Shown here in pieces: positions 48,522 to 58,041 of a stretch of DNA of 64,000 nucleotides. This stretch comes from an uncultured Candidatus Saccharibacteria bacterium (GTDB lineage Bacteria; Patescibacteriota; Minisyncoccia; Phycocordibacterales; UBA918). The translations under genes and the position numbers were made by a program. The stretch is from NCBI GenBank assembly GCA_964350735.1, contig CAYGKO010000002.1, positions 90,134 to 154,133 of the forward strand, read 5' to 3'. The number at the start of each line of letters is the position of its first letter. Positions within the stretch are counted from its first letter, which is position 1. Under the pieces are notes generated by a model. That model made no database searches and was not told the origin of the DNA. It was given only the letters and a program-made list of their open reading frames with translations.

Positions 48522-48977
48522 ATGCAACTACACGAACAAATCAAATCAGAGTTGAAGATAGCGATGAAAGCCAAAGACGCGGTCCGACTCCGGACTGTCC
48601 GTAGCATGCTGACTGCCTTTATGAACGACCTGGTAGCGACCGGCAAAACTCCTCAAGATATGCTCGATGATGACGCCACCCTGGCTGTCATCAAGCGCCT
48701 CTCGAAGCAGCGGAAAGAATCGATCACGCAGTACGAAGCAGCCGACCGTCCAGAACTTGCCGTACCAGAAAAAGAAGAGCTCGCTGTCCTTGAAGGTTAC
48801 CTACCCCAAATGATGTCGACTGACGACATCCGTCCCGTAGCAGAAGCAAAAAAAGCCGAACTTGGCATCGACGACAAAAGCAAAATGGGCATGCTCGTTG
48901 GAGCCGTCATGAAAGAACTCGCTGGCCAGGCTGATGGTGGTGATGTGAAGACTGTCGTCGAATCTTTATTTGAGTAA
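48522..48977 (+). CDS. GatB/YqeY-domain protein
   Basis: MQLHEQIKSELKIAMKAKDAVRLRTVRSML matches the YqeY N-terminus; track start 48474 is probably too far upstream. Confidence 0.7.
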   Translation: MQLHEQIKSELKIAMKAKDAVRLRTVRSMLTAFMNDLVATGKTPQDMLDDDATLAVIKRLSKQRKESITQYEAADRPELAVPEKEELAVLEGYLPQMMSTDDIRPVAEAKKAELGIDDKSKMGMLVGAVMKELAGQADGGDVKTVVESLFE

Positions 48978-49019
48978 GTAAACCGCTGGCTCGCTCTCGC
49001 TCGCCAGCCCCCCCCTACC

Positions 49020-49373
49020 ATGCCCTACGAAGGACCCGACCAAACCCAACAGAGCGCAGCAGACCGAATCCTCAGTCTGCTTGATGCTGGTGAAATTCGA
49101 CGCGGCCACAAAGGGACAGAGCGACTACAGATCGGAGAGACTGAGGTTTTGTATAATCCAGAGACTGGCGATATTTCCTACACAACATCATTAGGACAAA
49201 TTGCTCGAGCGGTTATCAGAGGGGGAGAAATTACTGATTTTGGGCTGTTTGACTTAAAAGGCAACGCTGAACTAGACAGGAATTTAACGAACAATCAAGA
49301 AAGATTTTTACAAGCCGCGCTTATTAAGGGCTTGCTATCCAGCCGACCCAAACCTTCATCTAGCAACGTCTAG
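49020..49373 (+). CDS. hypothetical protein (GC-rich island)
   Basis: 117-aa ORF, GC visibly above window average, no SD. Confidence 0.35.
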   Translation: MPYEGPDQTQQSAADRILSLLDAGEIRRGHKGTERLQIGETEVLYNPETGDISYTTSLGQIARAVIRGGEITDFGLFDLKGNAELDRNLTNNQERFLQAALIKGLLSSRPKPSSSNV

Positions 49374-49432
49374 TTGCACATCCATTTTAAATACCTTATT
49401 CTTTAAGTAACGACAATTACAAGGAGGTACCG

Positions 49433-49777
49433 ATGTCGTTTCATGACAGACACCCTCCGTTTAAGACAGGAACGGAGAGGATAGAAGCAGCGGAGCGCGC
49501 TGCATTCTACCGAGCTCTTGCTCAGACAGAAGCTGTAATCGAAAAACGTCGCGCTTATGAAGCGCGTCGACGCGCAGCAGCCGAAGCTGAAGCCAACGGC
49601 TCAGCCGCTCTCGTGCGTCACTGTGCGATCAAGCCGACCGACCAGTGGCCGAAGTCAGTTGTTGAAACTCAAAAAGCAGTCAACGAGCATGTCCTTAGTT
49701 CAGACCCAGACTCTGACCCCTGGGACACCCGCTCCGGCCGCTACTCTTCCCCTACCGCGTTCCCAGAACCGTGGTAG
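49433..49777 (+). CDS. hypothetical protein (GC-rich island)
   Basis: 114-aa ORF with strong SD AAGGAGGT 7 nt upstream. Confidence 0.45.
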   Translation: MSFHDRHPPFKTGTERIEAAERAAFYRALAQTEAVIEKRRAYEARRRAAAEAEANGSAALVRHCAIKPTDQWPKSVVETQKAVNEHVLSSDPDSDPWDTRSGRYSSPTAFPEPW

Positions 49778-49860
49778 GTTCTTTTTTTGTTTGCATAATA
49801 AATTATTATGTGGTTTAATTTTTCCATCGGCGACGGGTCGATTCAGTATGAGGAGCTAAG

Positions 49861-50127
49861 ATGAGCGAAGTAGTGACTATCGAAGTCACGGCTAGCGTAA
49901 GCTGCCGTGCAGATGAACGAGCCTTGGCAGGCTTGCTGGCAGACTATGCTGTTGGCGGCACCGTTGGGCACGTTTCGAAAGGCGGAGGAATGACAACCTT
50001 CGTTCTCGAAATCGAAGCTGGCGACGCAGATGCCGCAAAAGCCCAGGTGGAAGGTGTGATCGAAGGCAGCAAAGTCTCTGCAAAGAAACTCCTGCTACAA
50101 CAGCCCAAGGATCAGATCCTTCATTGA
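49861..50127 (+). CDS. hypothetical small protein (GC-rich island)
   Basis: 88-aa ORF with GAGGAG SD; Ala/Gly/Val-rich. Confidence 0.45.
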   Translation: MSEVVTIEVTASVSCRADERALAGLLADYAVGGTVGHVSKGGGMTTFVLEIEAGDADAAKAQVEGVIEGSKVSAKKLLLQQPKDQILH

Positions 50128-50140
50128 ACAGGCAAAAAAG

Positions 50141-50180
50141 CCGCCGGAATCGAGCAGTAGATTCGAATCCGGCGGTAGCC
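50141..50180. terminator. terminator hairpin (13-bp stem)
   Basis: CCGCCGGAATCGA-gcagtag-ATTCGAATCCGGCGG between the island and truB. Confidence 0.5.
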
Positions 50181-50227
50181 ACACTCATACGCACGTACGC
50201 AAACTGGCTACGGGCGTTTTTTCATAC

Positions 50228-50920
50228 TTATTTTTCTAAAGTTCGTGCATCTTCAACCACATACTCAGCGATTTTGGTGCGGCGTAAGGCGGCGAGACTG
50301 GCCGGATGGCCGAGCTGCCGACCGAGCTCTTCCCCGAGCGAGCGGATGTAGGTTCCAGATCCAACGTGCCAACGTATTGTCAACAACATCATTTTAGTAC
50401 TGTTAACAGTACTAAAATTAAGAGCCAATAGTTCATTTTCAAACACCTTCATATCTCGAATTGGGATATCGGTCACCAAATCTCCCAGCTTCGCTGCCTC
50501 GCGAGCTCGTTTGTACATTGGGATGCCGTCTTTTTTAATCGCACTGTAGGCACTCACCGACAGGCGAAGTGTGCCTACCATTTTTTGCAATACTTCAGCC
50601 ACCTGCTCTTTTGTCACAGCGCTCGCATCTGATTCTTTCAGCGTCTCACCCTCCACATCACCTGTTGTAGTTGACCGACCGATCACGATGTCAGCTACAT
50701 ATTCCTTATCGAGCTTGATGAACTCCGTCAGTCGCTTCGTCCCCTTCCCCACACCTAAAATCATCAAACCCGTCGCTGCCGGATCAAGCGTCCCAGCATG
50801 CCCCAGTTTCGGAGCTTTCTCGCCAGTCGCTTCTGTATATTGCTTCCGCAACCGACGAATCACATCAAACGACGTAATCCCCGCTGGTTTATCAATCAAT
50901 AAAATCTCTGGCCATTGCAT
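50228..50920 (-). CDS. truB: tRNA pseudouridine-55 synthase
   Basis: LLIDKPAGITSFDVI and GHAGTLDPAATG catalytic-Asp motif. Confidence 0.9.
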   Translation of the reverse strand: MQWPEILLIDKPAGITSFDVIRRLRKQYTEATGEKAPKLGHAGTLDPAATGLMILGVGKGTKRLTEFIKLDKEYVADIVIGRSTTTGDVEGETLKESDASAVTKEQVAEVLQKMVGTLRLSVSAYSAIKKDGIPMYKRAREAAKLGDLVTDIPIRDMKVFENELLALNFSTVNSTKMMLLTIRWHVGSGTYIRSLGEELGRQLGHPASLAALRRTKIAEYVVEDARTLEK

Positions 50921-51008
50921 ATGTGTATCATTGCACTATACCTTATTTGAAAACAAAACCAGCAAGTTCGAGGTTTCACCTCGAACTTAAAAAAGTGTGG
51001 TGTAATAT

Positions 51009-51965
51009 TTAGATGAAGTCAACGAGTTTCAAGAGAAAAAATCCAAAGAAAAGCAACATCATCATTCCTTCCCAGCGCATAATCTGTCGTGCCAAACCGT
51101 TAACAAAGAAGATGGCAGACGCGGCCAGCAAGATACCAATACCAAGCTGCATCACTACCGCATCAGCTACGAGCGGTGAAATAATTCCTGGAATACCTAC
51201 TACTACCAGCATGTTGAAGGCATTTGATCCAAAAATATTTCCGATTGCCAGCTCTTCTTCTCCAGTCTTAAGTGCCTGTAGTGATACAAACAACTCTGGC
51301 AAGGAAGTTCCCAGCGCAATCGCCCCGATAGAAACGAGTCCCAGCGGTACCGAAAGCCCCGTGGCAATATTTACCACCATGTCTACGGTGTAGTTAGCCC
51401 CCACCAGCACCGCAGCAATACCAAGAACAATAAACGCAATCGACTTTCCCTCCAGTCCTGGACGGCGCCCACCTTCCTTTTGGAGTTCAACTGAATCTTC
51501 TTCCTTAGCCTCGACAAAGAGGTACCACATGTACGCCAAGAAGGTACCCAGAAGGAGTACTGCTTCGAGCCTATCTACTGTGCCGTCGTACACCACAGCC
51601 ACAAAGTGAGTGGTAGCAATAAAGAAAATTGGCAACTCTGTCTTGATCAAATCACGTTTAATTATGATCCGACCACCCATGGTCGCTAAAATACCAACTA
51701 CCAAGAGAATATTAGTGATATTAGAACCCACAGCGTTGGCGAGTACAATCTCAGAATTTCCATCAAGCACTGCTGCAATAGACGAAGCGAGTTCGGGTAA
51801 TGAAGTACCAAACCCTACAATCAATACTCCAATCGCAAACTTACTCATCCCGAGGCTTGCTCCCATCTGCTTCGCTCCTACTACAAACATATCGGCCCCC
51901 CGAATCAGTACGAATAACGCTCCTACCAAAAACCCACTCCAAATCAACAGTTGTGCAATTTCCAT
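51009..51965 (-). CDS. CaCA-family cation/Ca2+ antiporter (YrbG-like)
   Basis: Two alpha-repeats with GTSLPELASS and GNIFGSNAFN motifs. Confidence 0.8.
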   Translation of the reverse strand: MEIAQLLIWSGFLVGALFVLIRGADMFVVGAKQMGASLGMSKFAIGVLIVGFGTSLPELASSIAAVLDGNSEIVLANAVGSNITNILLVVGILATMGGRIIIKRDLIKTELPIFFIATTHFVAVVYDGTVDRLEAVLLLGTFLAYMWYLFVEAKEEDSVELQKEGGRRPGLEGKSIAFIVLGIAAVLVGANYTVDMVVNIATGLSVPLGLVSIGAIALGTSLPELFVSLQALKTGEEELAIGNIFGSNAFNMLVVVGIPGIISPLVADAVVMQLGIGILLAASAIFFVNGLARQIMRWEGMMMLLFFGFFLLKLVDFI

Positions 51966-52064
51966 AATGCGGTCATTTTACACTATTTACTGTGTGCTGT
52001 CGGTGAAGTTTTACAGACAACAAAACAACGTCGCTGTACGCGACGTTGTTTTTCAAAAAAAGTC

Positions 52065-53393
52065 TTATACGTCAGCTAGATAGTCTCCATATCCCTTCGC
52101 TTCCATGTCAGCCTTTGGGATGAACTTGAGCGCCACACCATTCATACAGTAGCGCAGTCCACCGCGATCAGCTGGTCCATCAGTGAAGACGTGCCCAATG
52201 TGGTTGTCAGCGATAGCGGAACGAGTCTCTGTTCGGACTGAAAACAACTTACGGTCTTCATGCTCGGTAATCGCTCCAGCTCGAATCGGCTGTACAAATG
52301 ACGGCCAACCCGTACCTGAGTCAAACTTATCTCGCGACGAGTAGAGAGGTTCTCCTGACAAAACATCGACGTAAATGCCGTCTTCCCAATTTTTATCAAG
52401 CGGACTAGTACCAGCTCGCTCAGTCCCGTCTTCTTGTGTCACCTTAAACGTTACCGCATCCAATATTGCCTTCAGCTCATCCTTACTCGGCTTTGTATAA
52501 TTTTCCCAAAAATTCATAGACGTTGTTTCGTTAGTATTAGTAGTTGCAGCTCGCCAAGGTAGTTTAGAACTTTTGTCTTCCCAGTACGTATCAATAAACC
52601 GATCTCTCCCTGAAGCGGTCCGATAGTAGCCGTATTTTAGTTTTGAGAGAGTACCCTTGTAGTAATCTTGATGAAAATCCTCCGCCTCCCAAAACGTGGC
52701 CCGTTTTTCTACATCAATCGCCAGCGGCGCATCATATGGACCAAGCTCGTCGACTTCAGCGATCAAATCTTCGATAATCTGGCGCTCTGCATCACTTTCG
52801 TAATAGAAAGCGGCTGAGTACTTATCACCCCGGTCAGCGAACGTGCCATCGTCGTCAGTCGGATCAGTCGTCTTCATCGTTACAATCAAAATCTCTTCAA
52901 ATGAAATTTGATTGGCATCAAAGGTTACTTCGACCACTTCCCGGTGCCCACCACTGCCGTAATCTTTATACGTGGGGTTTTCAGTCGTACCGCCAGCGTA
53001 GCCAGAAACGGCCGCGATCACTCCCGGAGTTTTCTCCAGATCCGACTCGACACACCAGAAGCAACCACCAGCGACGAGAGCCGTACGAATATCAGCACTC
53101 TGCGACGTTGCAGCCGGGTTACTGACCGGTTTAGCAGCTCCACTCATGGCACTATCTGCTGCTCCCTCGGTCACGTTTGAATCAGTAATATCCTGCAGTA
53201 CCTCGGTCGCCTCCAGTTCCCCGATCACTGCTCCCGGATCAGACACCGCCGTCTCTACCGCCTCCATCCCATCAGCAAATTCCTGCGGCGCCACTTCCAT
53301 CACCTGATCTACGACCGAATCGAGCTGCACCGGCTCAGCATTAAGACCAAAGAAGCTCGCCACCGCTAGTATGATTGATTGCAAAAATTCCAT
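52065..53393 (-). CDS. msrAB: secreted bifunctional methionine sulfoxide reductase MsrA-MsrB
   Basis: N-terminal signal-like segment; GGCFWCVE MsrA active site; HIGHVFTDGP...RYCMNGVAL MsrB motif. Confidence 0.85.
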   Translation of the reverse strand: MEFLQSIILAVASFFGLNAEPVQLDSVVDQVMEVAPQEFADGMEAVETAVSDPGAVIGELEATEVLQDITDSNVTEGAADSAMSGAAKPVSNPAATSQSADIRTALVAGGCFWCVESDLEKTPGVIAAVSGYAGGTTENPTYKDYGSGGHREVVEVTFDANQISFEEILIVTMKTTDPTDDDGTFADRGDKYSAAFYYESDAERQIIEDLIAEVDELGPYDAPLAIDVEKRATFWEAEDFHQDYYKGTLSKLKYGYYRTASGRDRFIDTYWEDKSSKLPWRAATTNTNETTSMNFWENYTKPSKDELKAILDAVTFKVTQEDGTERAGTSPLDKNWEDGIYVDVLSGEPLYSSRDKFDSGTGWPSFVQPIRAGAITEHEDRKLFSVRTETRSAIADNHIGHVFTDGPADRGGLRYCMNGVALKFIPKADMEAKGYGDYLADV

Positions 53394-53526
53394 AATGTAA
53401 GACTTTAATAGCTAGTACCCATTACTACGCTAGTGTAACAAATGTATTTCACCTGGACAGCATATGATTTAAGGAGTATAAAAGTGACGAACGCACAACC
53501 CTGAACCTCAAACGAAAGGATGACCC

Positions 53527-54117
53527 ATGCAACCCATGGACCTTGATAGACTTCGTGTCTTAAATGCAAACACCCTGACGGATATGCAAAATCTGCATAC
53601 CATAAATTGGTTCACTGAACTTGATGTGGGCGCAGCCCGCAAAGCTGGAAAATACCTCGGCGAAATGTTCTTCGTCGGCGACGAAAACATGCACAGCAGC
53701 AATACTGATGCTGCCTGGGTGAATGGACACCTTCCTAACAGCGAAACCACAAGGGGAATCCTACGCACCAAGCAACTGTGGGCCAGCAAAGATACAGCCC
53801 AGCCGGCCAGTTTGCTCTATCATGATCCCGATAAAGGAATTCATCCTGGAATGGTGTGGTGGGATCTCTCCGGCCGGCTTGCTGGTGTAAGTGGTTGGAG
53901 AGGCCTTGTTGATCACATCAAGGCTTGCACGCTCGGGGTGTTTGCCGGACACATGTCCGAAGAGGCGGCGGAAAGGTTGCTCGACCCCACAAAAACACAC
54001 CTGGCTATGCTGCTCGCGACTGAGCGCATTCCGATTGATGGTGATTACGGCTACCGGGAAATGGTGGATTACATCGAGAAATCGATCGTATCCGCAAGTA
54101 AAACTCTCAAAACCTAA
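53527..54117 (+). CDS. hypothetical protein
   Basis: 196-aa ORF in a GC-rich stretch, AAAGGA SD, followed by a strong terminator. Confidence 0.4.
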   Translation: MQPMDLDRLRVLNANTLTDMQNLHTINWFTELDVGAARKAGKYLGEMFFVGDENMHSSNTDAAWVNGHLPNSETTRGILRTKQLWASKDTAQPASLLYHDPDKGIHPGMVWWDLSGRLAGVSGWRGLVDHIKACTLGVFAGHMSEEAAERLLDPTKTHLAMLLATERIPIDGDYGYREMVDYIEKSIVSASKTLKT

Positions 54118-54123
54118 CACACT

Positions 54124-54160
54124 TGGCCGCGCGGACACTCTCCGCGCGGCCATCTTTTTT
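54124..54160 (+). terminator. rho-independent terminator
   Basis: GGCCGCGCGG-acactct-CCGCGCGGCC followed by TTTTTT. Confidence 0.65.
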
Positions 54161-54191
54161 ATATAGCTCAAGTTGCCGGCAGTGGTGATTT

Positions 54192-54683
54192 CTAACCGTT
54201 CGTGGGATCTATAGTTTTAACCAATTCAGCAGACATCGGAGCGTGGGTAGAAATCACCGCTGCTGGCTGCGAACATAGCCCCTCCAAGTATTTAGCAGAC
54301 ATGCCACCTTTTTCAATCTGCTTCAATGCTATAATCCGCTCCCTATAATCTGGAATCACTTCAGCTACCAACGCCCAGAAGTTGGGGCCGTGGTTGAGCT
54401 CCTTAAGATGACAGAGTTCGTGCACGAAGATGTAGTCCTGCAGCGCTGGTGGCAGAAAAAGAATTTTGTAGCTGAAGTTAAGGTTTTTGAGTGAGGTACA
54501 ACTCCCCCAGCAGCGACGTTGATTGCGGATAGCGACCCGGTTCCACGTTAGGTCGTAGTGCTGGTTGAAGTACTCAAGGCGTGCGAGCGTTAGCGAGCGC
54601 GCAGCCTCTTTATGCTCCAGGTAGTGCTTGGTGACACTACTGGCGCGTTTTCGTCTGACTCGTACCCAGCGCCATGATTTCAT
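54192..54683 (-). CDS. YgjP-like (DUF45/M48-related) zinc metallohydrolase
   Basis: HELCHLKELNHGPNFW motif; own TGCTATACT promoter 7 nt upstream. Confidence 0.7.
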   Translation of the reverse strand: MKSWRWVRVRRKRASSVTKHYLEHKEAARSLTLARLEYFNQHYDLTWNRVAIRNQRRCWGSCTSLKNLNFSYKILFLPPALQDYIFVHELCHLKELNHGPNFWALVAEVIPDYRERIIALKQIEKGGMSAKYLEGLCSQPAAVISTHAPMSAELVKTIDPTNG

Positions 54684-54694
54684 GTGGAGTAGTA

Positions 54695-54728
54695 TAGCAA
54701 ACAGCCGGCGCCCAGAGGGCGCCGGCTG
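54695..54728 (-). terminator. terminator (15-bp stem)
   Basis: AAACAGCCGGCGCCC-agag-GGCGCCGGCTGTTT 3' of the acidic-protein gene. Confidence 0.55.
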
Positions 54729-54749
54729 TTTGTGTCTACCTAACTCCGC

Positions 54750-56264
54750 TTATCTGTAATCAAACTCGATTACGTCTTCGATATCATCTTCATCAAGATC
54801 ATACCGATCTGCAATTTCTTCAATGATGTCATCTTCGTCGGTTTCGTCAGTGGTGAAGGCTTTGGTCTCATCTTCGAAGAAGATCTTCACAAAGGACTCC
54901 CCTTCATCTTCATCAATCTCAACAACGATTTCGTCAAGATCACCAAAGTCATACTCAAACTCAATCAGATCTTCAACCACATCCTCGTCGATATCAAGCT
55001 CATCAGCGATTTCTTCAATGATGTCGTCTTCATCATCTTCATCGACATCGAAGTCTCGATCAGTTCCATCGTCATACTCTACCGTCACTTCAGTTCCATC
55101 TTCAGTAATGACTGCTTCAATTTCGTCAATATCATCACCGTCACGATCGCGATCTCGGTCGTCATCGTCTTGCTCTTCATCAATCCGATCAATCGCTTCT
55201 TCCGCCAGCTCCTCAGCCTCTTCGGCCAACTCTACGGCATCATTGTAATCCCCATCATCGTATGCCTCTTCGGCCTCTTCCAGCTTATCTTCAGCGTCAT
55301 CGAGCGTATCTTCAGCCCAATCCACGTCGTCACCATCATCATCGGCCTCTTCAATTTCATCAGCTGCGTCATCGATAGCGTCTTCGGCGTCTTCGAGAGC
55401 ATTTTCGGCATCATCTTCATCGGCACCAGATGAGCGTCGTTTTATCTTCTCGAACTCAATCACTGCTTCTACCTGTGCTTTTGTCAGGTCGGTCTTCCGT
55501 ACGATGTAATCTACTACCTCATCTTGTTCTTCGGTATCAACAGCGAGTGTGCGATCGTCACCATTCTCGAACTCGATTTCAATAAAGGCTTCGCCTTCAT
55601 CAAATTCAACCAAGATTTCTTCAGCTGGATTACTACTTGGACGAGTCGAAGTAGTTGGAGTTGTAGCGCTTGGAGTTTGTGAAGTACTTACCCCTTGCAC
55701 AGCTGGAGTCGGTACTGACACTGCTGGTGCACGTGTGCTCAAAACATTCGCCGGATAGTTTTCACTTGGATACGCGAGGAAGTACCCTAGAAGCAATTCT
55801 GCGGTTGCCGGACCTACCACTCCAACTGGCTGCATATCAAAACGTGTCTGCAATCGCTTGATCGCTGACTCCGTTGCTGGACCATAGAAGCCCGTTACAA
55901 ATGGATGATCATAAATAGCAGTGTCAGTTGCCAAGAGGCGCTGCACTTTCTCGATCGTGCCATTGGTTGCTCCTTGCACTACCGCTGTTTGGAGGTTTGT
56001 AGTCGCAGCACCTAGTACAGAGCCGCTGACCGCTGTAGTAGCTGGCGCTGGCGTACTGCTCGGGGCACTAACTTGTGTTTGCAAAGACTCAAATTCACGT
56101 TTCAGTGAATCCATCTCTGCCACAATTGCTTTCATCCGCGACACCAAGTCAGCTACGTCTGCCGACTGGGCGTGACTAACAAATGGTGTAATGGTGATTG
56201 CCAGCGCTAAAACAGCCACTGACATTCCTCGTAAGAATGTATGCATACTAAAAATTCGAATCAA
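54750..56264 (-). CDS. secreted acidic tandem-repeat protein with peptidoglycan-binding-like domain
   Basis: Signal peptide, PG_binding_1-like segment (VTGFYGPATESAIKRLQTRFDMQPVGVVGPAT), S/T/P linker, then three ~48-aa D/E-rich repeats (..DEDDIIEEIAD..DLDEDxxEDxIEFEY). Confidence 0.6.
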   Translation of the reverse strand: MIRIFSMHTFLRGMSVAVLALAITITPFVSHAQSADVADLVSRMKAIVAEMDSLKREFESLQTQVSAPSSTPAPATTAVSGSVLGAATTNLQTAVVQGATNGTIEKVQRLLATDTAIYDHPFVTGFYGPATESAIKRLQTRFDMQPVGVVGPATAELLLGYFLAYPSENYPANVLSTRAPAVSVPTPAVQGVSTSQTPSATTPTTSTRPSSNPAEEILVEFDEGEAFIEIEFENGDDRTLAVDTEEQDEVVDYIVRKTDLTKAQVEAVIEFEKIKRRSSGADEDDAENALEDAEDAIDDAADEIEEADDDGDDVDWAEDTLDDAEDKLEEAEEAYDDGDYNDAVELAEEAEELAEEAIDRIDEEQDDDDRDRDRDGDDIDEIEAVITEDGTEVTVEYDDGTDRDFDVDEDDEDDIIEEIADELDIDEDVVEDLIEFEYDFGDLDEIVVEIDEDEGESFVKIFFEDETKAFTTDETDEDDIIEEIADRYDLDEDDIEDVIEFDYR

Positions 56265-56273
56265 ATTACTAAA

Positions 56274-57953
56274 TTACTCTTGCAATAAGTATATCATTCG
56301 CCCCAACCGAATCAGGTCATAGTCGTATTGTTCTCCACAGGCTTCATAGATCGGCTTGAGCTTCTCTGTTCCTTCAGCTCGGATAGCAGTTTCGATAGCG
56401 GCATATATCTCTATCCAGCCGTCAGGTTCAAGATGTTCGAGATTGCCTATATTTATATTTCCCTCCTCAGCCAGTTTCTCCAGGTGGGCCCAGACTGTAG
56501 TGGGGTTCATTTTTCGTTCTTTGGCGATCTGCGGCACAGTCAGTTTTTCCAGTACAAGTGCCTTGGTTTGTTCGTAAGTACTTTCTTTCTGCACTCGCTC
56601 AAAACCTTTCTTTTCAACTTTAATTTCACCGGTCGGCATCGTACCCCCCATGGCTACCACAAACCGTCCGTGCATTTCTTGCACTTCTTCATCATCCATT
56701 TCTTCAAACGCATTGTCTGCCATTGTACTCTCTCGACTAAATCGCTGGTCATGGTCCACTACTTTAGGATCAACTCGGAGCGCCGTCGGACTCATTCCCA
56801 ACATCTTAAGCCCCATCAGGGTCCGCACGCGTGAAAGCGCAACATACCCTTGTCCGAACACAAACGCTTTGCTTAGGTCAATCTCGGCCGCATCAAGACT
56901 CATACCCTGGCTTTTATGCACTGTGATCGCCCACGCAAGCCGCAGTGGGATCTGCTCCACACTCGCCAACACCTTACCATCTTCGGCCATCTCCCAACTC
57001 GTCGGCTTCATAGTAATGCGACGTTTCTCAGTGGTTTCAATAATTGGCATCCCTTCATCATCAAAACCAACTACCCGCGCCAGGGTGCCGTTCACATACC
57101 CAGCTTCAAAGTTGTTCTTGGTACACATCACCATCGCTTCTTCTTTCAACTCCAGACATTCTGGTGAGAGGCAGTTCTTGGCCAAACCTTCTTGCATCTG
57201 TTTGTTCCCTTGTCCGGCCATAGTAAATTTCCGCACCGGTCCCTTCAGAGCTTTAAGCTGCTGCATGTTCACCGCATCAACGTCAGCGTTGTGCGTATAT
57301 AAACGAGTTGGCTCGATATCAGGGTACCCGATATCTTTTTGCTCCGAGAGTAGCGTGAAATGAGCTTCGTCAACGTCATTCTTGCGAATTGACTGCAGCA
57401 GACTGAGTAGCATTTCATCTTCTTGCCGATACTGATCGGTCAAATAACAAATAAGCGGTCGCGCATCCTCCCAGGTGCGTGACTCAAAGGCGTAGCGCAG
57501 TTCATCACCTGGGCGCGTGATCGGTGGCAACTGGAAGAAGTCGCCCACAAAAATCACTTGCAGCCCACCAAACGGTTCCATCTTTTGACGAGCTGCCTTG
57601 CACACCCGGTCCACCATCTCGAGCACACCCCCATCAAGCATCGAAATCTCATCAATCACCAGCACCTGAGCTTTCTCCATCCGCTTGGCGATCTTTTCCC
57701 GAGAGATGATCTGATCAATATCATACTGAGAGAGACTGTCTTTAATCCCCACGCCACTCCAGGCATGAATCGTCATCCCACCAATATGCGTCGCAGCGAT
57801 CCCCGTACTAGCGGTAATGGCCACATTGATCCCCGCTGCTTCGAGCCACGCAATGTACTGATTGATCACATACGTCTTCCCGGCTCCGGGCTCTCCCGTC
57901 AAAAAGACATTCCCTCCCGTTTTCAGAATTTCTAAAGCGCGGTCTTGGGTCAT
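56274..57953 (-). CDS. Pif1/RecD-family SF1 helicase with C-terminal HTH-like domain
   Basis: Walker A GEPGAGKT, VLVIDEISML, FVGDFFQLPPI and TVHKSQGMSLD motifs; C-terminal TVPQIAKERKMNPTTVWAHLEKL helix-turn-helix. Confidence 0.8.
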   Translation of the reverse strand: MTQDRALEILKTGGNVFLTGEPGAGKTYVINQYIAWLEAAGINVAITASTGIAATHIGGMTIHAWSGVGIKDSLSQYDIDQIISREKIAKRMEKAQVLVIDEISMLDGGVLEMVDRVCKAARQKMEPFGGLQVIFVGDFFQLPPITRPGDELRYAFESRTWEDARPLICYLTDQYRQEDEMLLSLLQSIRKNDVDEAHFTLLSEQKDIGYPDIEPTRLYTHNADVDAVNMQQLKALKGPVRKFTMAGQGNKQMQEGLAKNCLSPECLELKEEAMVMCTKNNFEAGYVNGTLARVVGFDDEGMPIIETTEKRRITMKPTSWEMAEDGKVLASVEQIPLRLAWAITVHKSQGMSLDAAEIDLSKAFVFGQGYVALSRVRTLMGLKMLGMSPTALRVDPKVVDHDQRFSRESTMADNAFEEMDDEEVQEMHGRFVVAMGGTMPTGEIKVEKKGFERVQKESTYEQTKALVLEKLTVPQIAKERKMNPTTVWAHLEKLAEEGNINIGNLEHLEPDGWIEIYAAIETAIRAEGTEKLKPIYEACGEQYDYDLIRLGRMIYLLQE

Positions 57954-58041
57954 AAAAAATCATTATAACACTTTGTGTAGCAACCATTACAACTGTCGAA
58001 GAGTTGGAGAATATAGAAGCAACTTTGAAAAGGAATGAGCG

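Noticed and set aside
50155-50183. GATTCGAATCCGGCGGTAGCCA as a tRNA 3' half
   Set aside because: The upstream sequence cannot form a T-stem or the rest of a cloverleaf. It is part of a 13-bp terminator hairpin and is kept only as a possible att-like remnant.
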